Assembly (NCBI RefSeq): GCF_011745625.1
Contig: NW_027191458.1
Span: 434,001 to 498,000 of the forward strand
Direction of reading: 5' to 3'
Length of the DNA: 64,000 nt
From: Cladosporium halotolerans
Lineage: Eukaryota
Within the stretch, counting starts at the first letter, position 1; each line of letters opens with the position of its first letter. The position numbers and the translations under genes are program-made. Of the stretch, positions 59,663-64,000 are shown piece after piece. A model generated the notes under the pieces. The model saw only the letters and a program-made list of their open reading frames with translations. It did not search any database and was not told the origin of the DNA.

Positions 59663-60697
59663 TTACGTGAACGCCATGCTCTTCTTGATCTCCGCAATCG
59701 CCAGCGCCGGGTTGAGACCCTTCGGGCACGTCCTGCTGCAGTTCAGGATGGTGTGGCAGCGGTACAGGCTCATGCTGTTGTTAAGGCCGTCCATGCGCTG
59801 CGCCGTCTTCTCGTCGCGCGAGTCGGCGATCCAGCGGTACGACTGCATCAGCACGGCGGGGCCCAGGTACTCCTCGCTGTTCCACCAGTACGAGGGGCAC
59901 GAGGTGCTGCAGCACGCGCACAGGATGCACTCGTACAGGCCGTCGAGCTTGCGGCGCTCGGCCTTGGATTGACGGTTTTCGCGGCCCTGGAAAGTTGTGT
60001 TAATTCGGCAATTGGTTGGTTTGGGTTATTGTGTGCAACGTACGTCTTCGGGCGGCGAGTCGCGCTGCAGGTAGGGCTGAATGGACTTGTACTGCTTGTA
60101 GAACTGGGTCAAGTCGGGCACGAGGTCCTTGACGACGTAGGTGTGAGGAAGCGGGTAGATGCGGGCCTCCTGCTTCTCGTCTCTGGGGATGCGGCCTGTC
60201 CGTGTGCGTTAGCCAATATCCATGCATTGTGCCAATTCCGTTTCCTTTCAGACGGTATTCCACATACACAAGCACGCCAGCGTGTTGACACCGTCAATGT
60301 TCATCGCGCAGCTGCCGCAGATGCCCTCTCTGCAGCTTCGCCTGAAGGTGAGCGTCGGGTCGATCTCGTTCTTGATCCGGATGAGCGCGTCCAGCATCAT
60401 GGGGCCGGTCTTGTTCAGGTCGAGGGTGTAGGACTGCATCTTGGGCTTGCTCGTGGGCTCGTCGGGGTTCCAGCGGTAGATGTGGAAGGTCTTGGTGAGG
60501 GCCTCCTTGTCCATGGAGGGCTCCTTGACGTTGGTGGTCTTGGAGGCGGGGATGGGAGGGCGGGATGCGGTGGCGGCCTCGGCGGCGGTGGAAATGGGCT
60601 CGCCCTTGGTGTGCTCGATGGTGGTGGCCATGCTGCGGCGGAAGACCTGGGGCGCGAAGCCCGGCGCGAAGCGCCTCGATGCCAGACGGAGGGCCAT
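59663..60697 (-). CDS. SDH2: Succinate dehydrogenase iron-sulfur subunit
   Basis: [30 protein letters not shown] and [19 protein letters not shown]. Introns 60196-60267 and 59987-60043. Confidence 0.97.
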
Positions 60698-61381
60698 GGT
60701 GTGTGAGGGTGAGGGTGGGTGGGTGGTTGGAGTGGAGAGGTGTAGCGTGTACGGGGTTAAGGCCTGGAGGCGAGAGAACGAGAGTCGTTGACGACGGAGG
60801 CAAAGGAACCTCGAGCGCGCGATCTTCCCGAGCGAGGGCGGCAGCCAATCACGGCTCGCTCGTTGTTAAGCGTCGGTAATGGCAGGCGATCACGAGCCGA
60901 AAGCAGGTGAGTTTCAGAGCCAATCTGGAAGTTTGAAGCCGCAGGTTGTTTTGACGTAGCTGTCTGGTTGATTTGCACTTACAAACAGGAGATTTATTTG
61001 ATCAGAGAACGTTCTCGAGCAATGACAGTTCGTGGTCATCTTCTTCAATCCGGCAATAGCAACTTCCAGGGCTCTCCCGATGTCCGCCGCTGCTCCGCTT
61101 TGTGGGGAAAGCATTCGCCTCTGCGCGGAGGTAGACGGAGAACTGCGGCGCTGTCTTGGCCAGATCTTGAGATCTGTGCATTTGCGCTGAGTATCGACGC
61201 TGAGGATCTCGAGTCTGCTCAGGGCAGTGCCGAGGCGTGTCTTTCCGTATGTACAGCAATGTTGCGGCAGGTCCTTAGGCATCAAGGCAGTAGGTCTTGG
61301 GCAGGCCATCGAGTCGGTAGCACGTGCTCTATGCAAGACGACTTCAAAGGAGTGTTTACGATTGACTGTGGGCTGCGAAGA

Positions 61382-62386
61382 ATGTCGACCATGCAACGAA
61401 CGACGCGGTCGCCAACACCAAGACCAATCAATCTCGTCCTCGATTGGGATGGAACAATCACTATCAAAGATACAATGCTCGCATTCGGAACAATGGCCCA
61501 GAATCGCGATGTTCGATTAGGCAAGAAGCCCACAGGGACAGACATGTTTGCTGAGTTCGGCAAAGCCTGGATGGACGACTATTCCAAGCACGAGCAATCC
61601 TACATCCCCAAACCGGTAGACCGCAAAACCATCGCTGAAGAAAGTGCTTGGCTCAAAAGCCTATCGGACGTAGAAGCCCGGAGCGCAGAGCGCGTGGAAC
61701 GATCAGGCTTCTTCACCGGCCTCAACAGAGACGACGTCCAAAGCGCGTCTAAATCTCTCGTTCACAGCGGCCAAGCAGCCTTGCGTCCCGGCTGGGAGGA
61801 GCTGTTCTTACAGGATCAATCGGCCCTCATCAACGAAGACAATCCTCGATTCGCCAACAACGTCAGCATCCTCAGTGTCAACTGGAGCGAGGCGTTCATC
61901 CGCGCGACCCTAAAAAACGCCGTCTGGTTCCACAACCTCGACAAGGAGCTACACCAAACGTTCAACGAGCTCGATATTGCTGCTAATGAAATCGACGGCC
62001 TGATGAGCCCCGATGGCAACTCCGGTCGCTTGATCGATCCAAGTCGCGCTGTCATCCGCACTAGCTTCGACAAGTTGCAGAACTTCACCTATCGAAAAGA
62101 CCATTTTAATATCTATGTTGGCGACTCCACGACGGACCTGGACTGCCTCCTCGCCGCCGATCTTGGCATTTGCATCCGAGATGATCCGATGAGTTCTAGT
62201 TCAAAAGCTCTGGCGGAGACGTTGGCGCGGTTGGGCTACGAAGTCCCGGATGTTAGCAGTCTTGCAATGAGCGACGAGGAAGCAAACTCGAGCACGAATT
62301 TGTGCTGGGCGGAGAGTTTTGATGAGATCTTGGTTAACTTGGGAATGCTTGAGCGGAAGTCAAGAGCACCTTCGAAGGCAACATGA
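61382..62386 (+). CDS. HAD-superfamily hydrolase (Cto1/thiamine-phosphate phosphatase-like)
   Basis: Motif I LVLDWDGTIT, motif II ILSVNWS and motif IV YVGDSTTDLDCLLAAD. Probable ATG at 61382 or 61391. Confidence 0.85.
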   Translation: MSTMQRTTRSPTPRPINLVLDWDGTITIKDTMLAFGTMAQNRDVRLGKKPTGTDMFAEFGKAWMDDYSKHEQSYIPKPVDRKTIAEESAWLKSLSDVEARSAERVERSGFFTGLNRDDVQSASKSLVHSGQAALRPGWEELFLQDQSALINEDNPRFANNVSILSVNWSEAFIRATLKNAVWFHNLDKELHQTFNELDIAANEIDGLMSPDGNSGRLIDPSRAVIRTSFDKLQNFTYRKDHFNIYVGDSTTDLDCLLAADLGICIRDDPMSSSSKALAETLARLGYEVPDVSSLAMSDEEANSSTNLCWAESFDEILVNLGMLERKSRAPSKAT

Positions 62387-63200
62387 GAGAACCCGCACTA
62401 CTGCGTTCGGCGTTTTTAGCGTACGGCCCTGGCTCAGATGCTGGTTCTATAACGTGGAGTTACAGGGCACCGATCGATCGCCGGGACTTGCGATGGTTAT
62501 GTTCACTCAGCTCGGTCATCGGTTCGGGGCCGGTCATGGAAGCTGACGCCTTCGCGGACGAATAGACGGGACGCACAACCAAGCAGGTTGAGGGTCTCGG
62601 TTTCCCGGTCGCTGGTAAAAATTGGAACGATGGAAATCTGTTGCGTCCACTCATGTCTATGGTGCAAGCTCAGCTAGGCCTGCAGCTGTCTATCGAGGAG
62701 GTCTTGTACTGTGTGGTGCTTCCGCATGAGCCATCAGAGGCCGTTCCCAAGTCCCTGCATGGACGGTCAGCGGCTGTCATCAGCATTCTGAATGCTCTGA
62801 CGCATGAAGGGAAGATAATGGGAAATCCAATACAAAACGATGTGAAGACACGAGGCCGTGCAAACTTTGGAAGATACGAGTGAGCGAGGTGCGACGGTGG
62901 AATTGGCCCGAGTGGCCAAGATGGAGACAGATCAGAACCGAGAATAGTGCTTCAATGCCGACCAACCTTGTCTCCAGACTCTGAAGCATCTGACAACTTT
63001 TCAAGAGAAGAATATGATCGCCATGGCGGGCGGATACAATGAAGTACAAATGCTGGTCTTTTAGCCATCTGTCGAGTATAGAAGGCGGTCAATTCGTTTG
63101 CATTGGTGCAATACCAGACAATGTCCAATCAGTAAATACTCAAGCATTGCAGTCCGACCATGCTTGTTGTCGGATGGCTAGTGGGAACTAATTCAATATC

Positions 63201-63285
63201 TCATTGCGCCTCAACCGTATTCCCACTGACAAGAGCGTTCAAGCTAGCCTCTGTCGCTTGATCGTCTTCATCGTCCTCATCGCTG

Positions 63286-63319
<34 letters not shown>

Positions 63320-63752
63320 TCCCACCATCCATGAGATCGATCACCAAAACTGACCCCCGACTCATAGCATCCAGCTGAAACCCAGCCTTCAAAATGCTAT
63401 CGGCATCAAAAATACAAGCCGAGAAGTCGAGATTGATGTCTGCGTCTTTGAGCGCAAGACAGACCTGGCGAAAGTGCTCATGATGCGCGTCAGTGAGCTT
63501 TTCTTGATCTGTTTCAGGACCCGCGTTGTCGAAGATGAGAATGCCTTTCCGGAAGGGCAGGCAGAAGCATTCTCTGCTCTCTTTGGGCGTGATCGTCTCG
63601 ATCGCAGATGCTAGTTGCTCGGGTGCTGTTCTGGCCGTGGTGGCGAGTTTGGTGTAAATACGTCCGTTGAGAAGTGCGTTCGCGGCATTTGGGCTTTCCG
63701 GAGAGAAGATGAGAACATTCGGTGGCAAGGCTGGGAGTGCTGATTGTGTCAT
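63201..63752 (-). CDS. Hypothetical protein with poly-Asp tail
   Basis: 183-aa ORF with AACAACAATG start context and an acidic C-terminus. Confidence 0.7.
63286..63319. repeat. (TCA)n microsatellite encoding poly-Asp
   Basis: About 11 perfect TCA units inside the last CDS. Confidence 0.9.
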
Positions 63753-63922
63753 TGTTGTTTTTCAGGCCTGTATAATAAGTTGGGGGCTGCTCCTCATCTC
63801 ATCCGCAGAATAGTCATACCGAGTTCTCATTTAGCAGTATGTCACGGAATGGCGACTAGGGCGAAAGCGAGCAGTGGTAACAACGAGATCTTCATGTCAC
63901 GCTTTGCGTTAGTGAGTGGTCA

Positions 63923-63960
63923 ACCCTAACCCTACCACCTGATTCTTTACCCTAACCCTA
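63923..63960 (+). repeat. Two copies of the telomere-like 12-mer ACCCTAACCCTA
   Basis: Exact copies at 63923-63934 and 63949-63960. Confidence 0.85.
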
Positions 63961-64000
63961 GTATGCGGTGACCTACTCACGTTTCACGGGAGTTGTAGGT

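Noticed and set aside
60968..61381. 138-codon in-frame extension upstream of the HAD gene, and a possible TPP riboswitch given the thiamine-related family
   Set aside because: The extension lacks coding character and overlaps the SDH2/HAD divergent promoter. No TPP aptamer core (CTGAGA...CCTGA..GGxAAT) was seen.
1..64000. Transposons, RIP-degraded repeats, rRNA, CRISPR and secondary-metabolite cluster
   Set aside because: No transposase or RT motifs, AT-rich RIP blocks, long repeats or PKS/NRPS genes were seen. The M19 dipeptidase lacks ETP-cluster neighbours.

Overview
Gene-dense eukaryotic DNA from a filamentous ascomycete, with short GT-AG introns and CTRAC/CTAAY branch sites. The SdhB N-terminus resembles, from memory, that of Mycosphaerellaceae (Dothideomycetes). 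About 32 protein-coding genes can be supported. Most are housekeeping genes, often in head-to-head pairs: CSC1/OSCA channel, DEN1, PRP39, COX23, Psh1-like RING E3, ODC, HIS2, CHK2, PDX3, POP4, dipeptidase, ILM1, FMP32-like, PRP28, SDH2 and a HAD hydrolase. The first ~10 kb looks accessory: an intact Ser/Thr kinase, an MFS transporter and a HeLo-domain pseudokinase with MLKL-like architecture. Signals not explained by simple ORF calling include a UUG-initiated uORF ending in Pro-Pro-stop in the AUG-free ODC leader, a candidate poison exon in an oversized PRP39 intron and a 4-exon COX23 gene missed by the ORF track. There are also a diverged tandem pair of unknown, probably mitochondrial proteins, a candidate 17-codon micro-gene and paired telomere-like boxes at the right edge. 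No rRNA, tRNA, transposon or CRISPR was recognised. All gene models were built by eye and no database searches were run.
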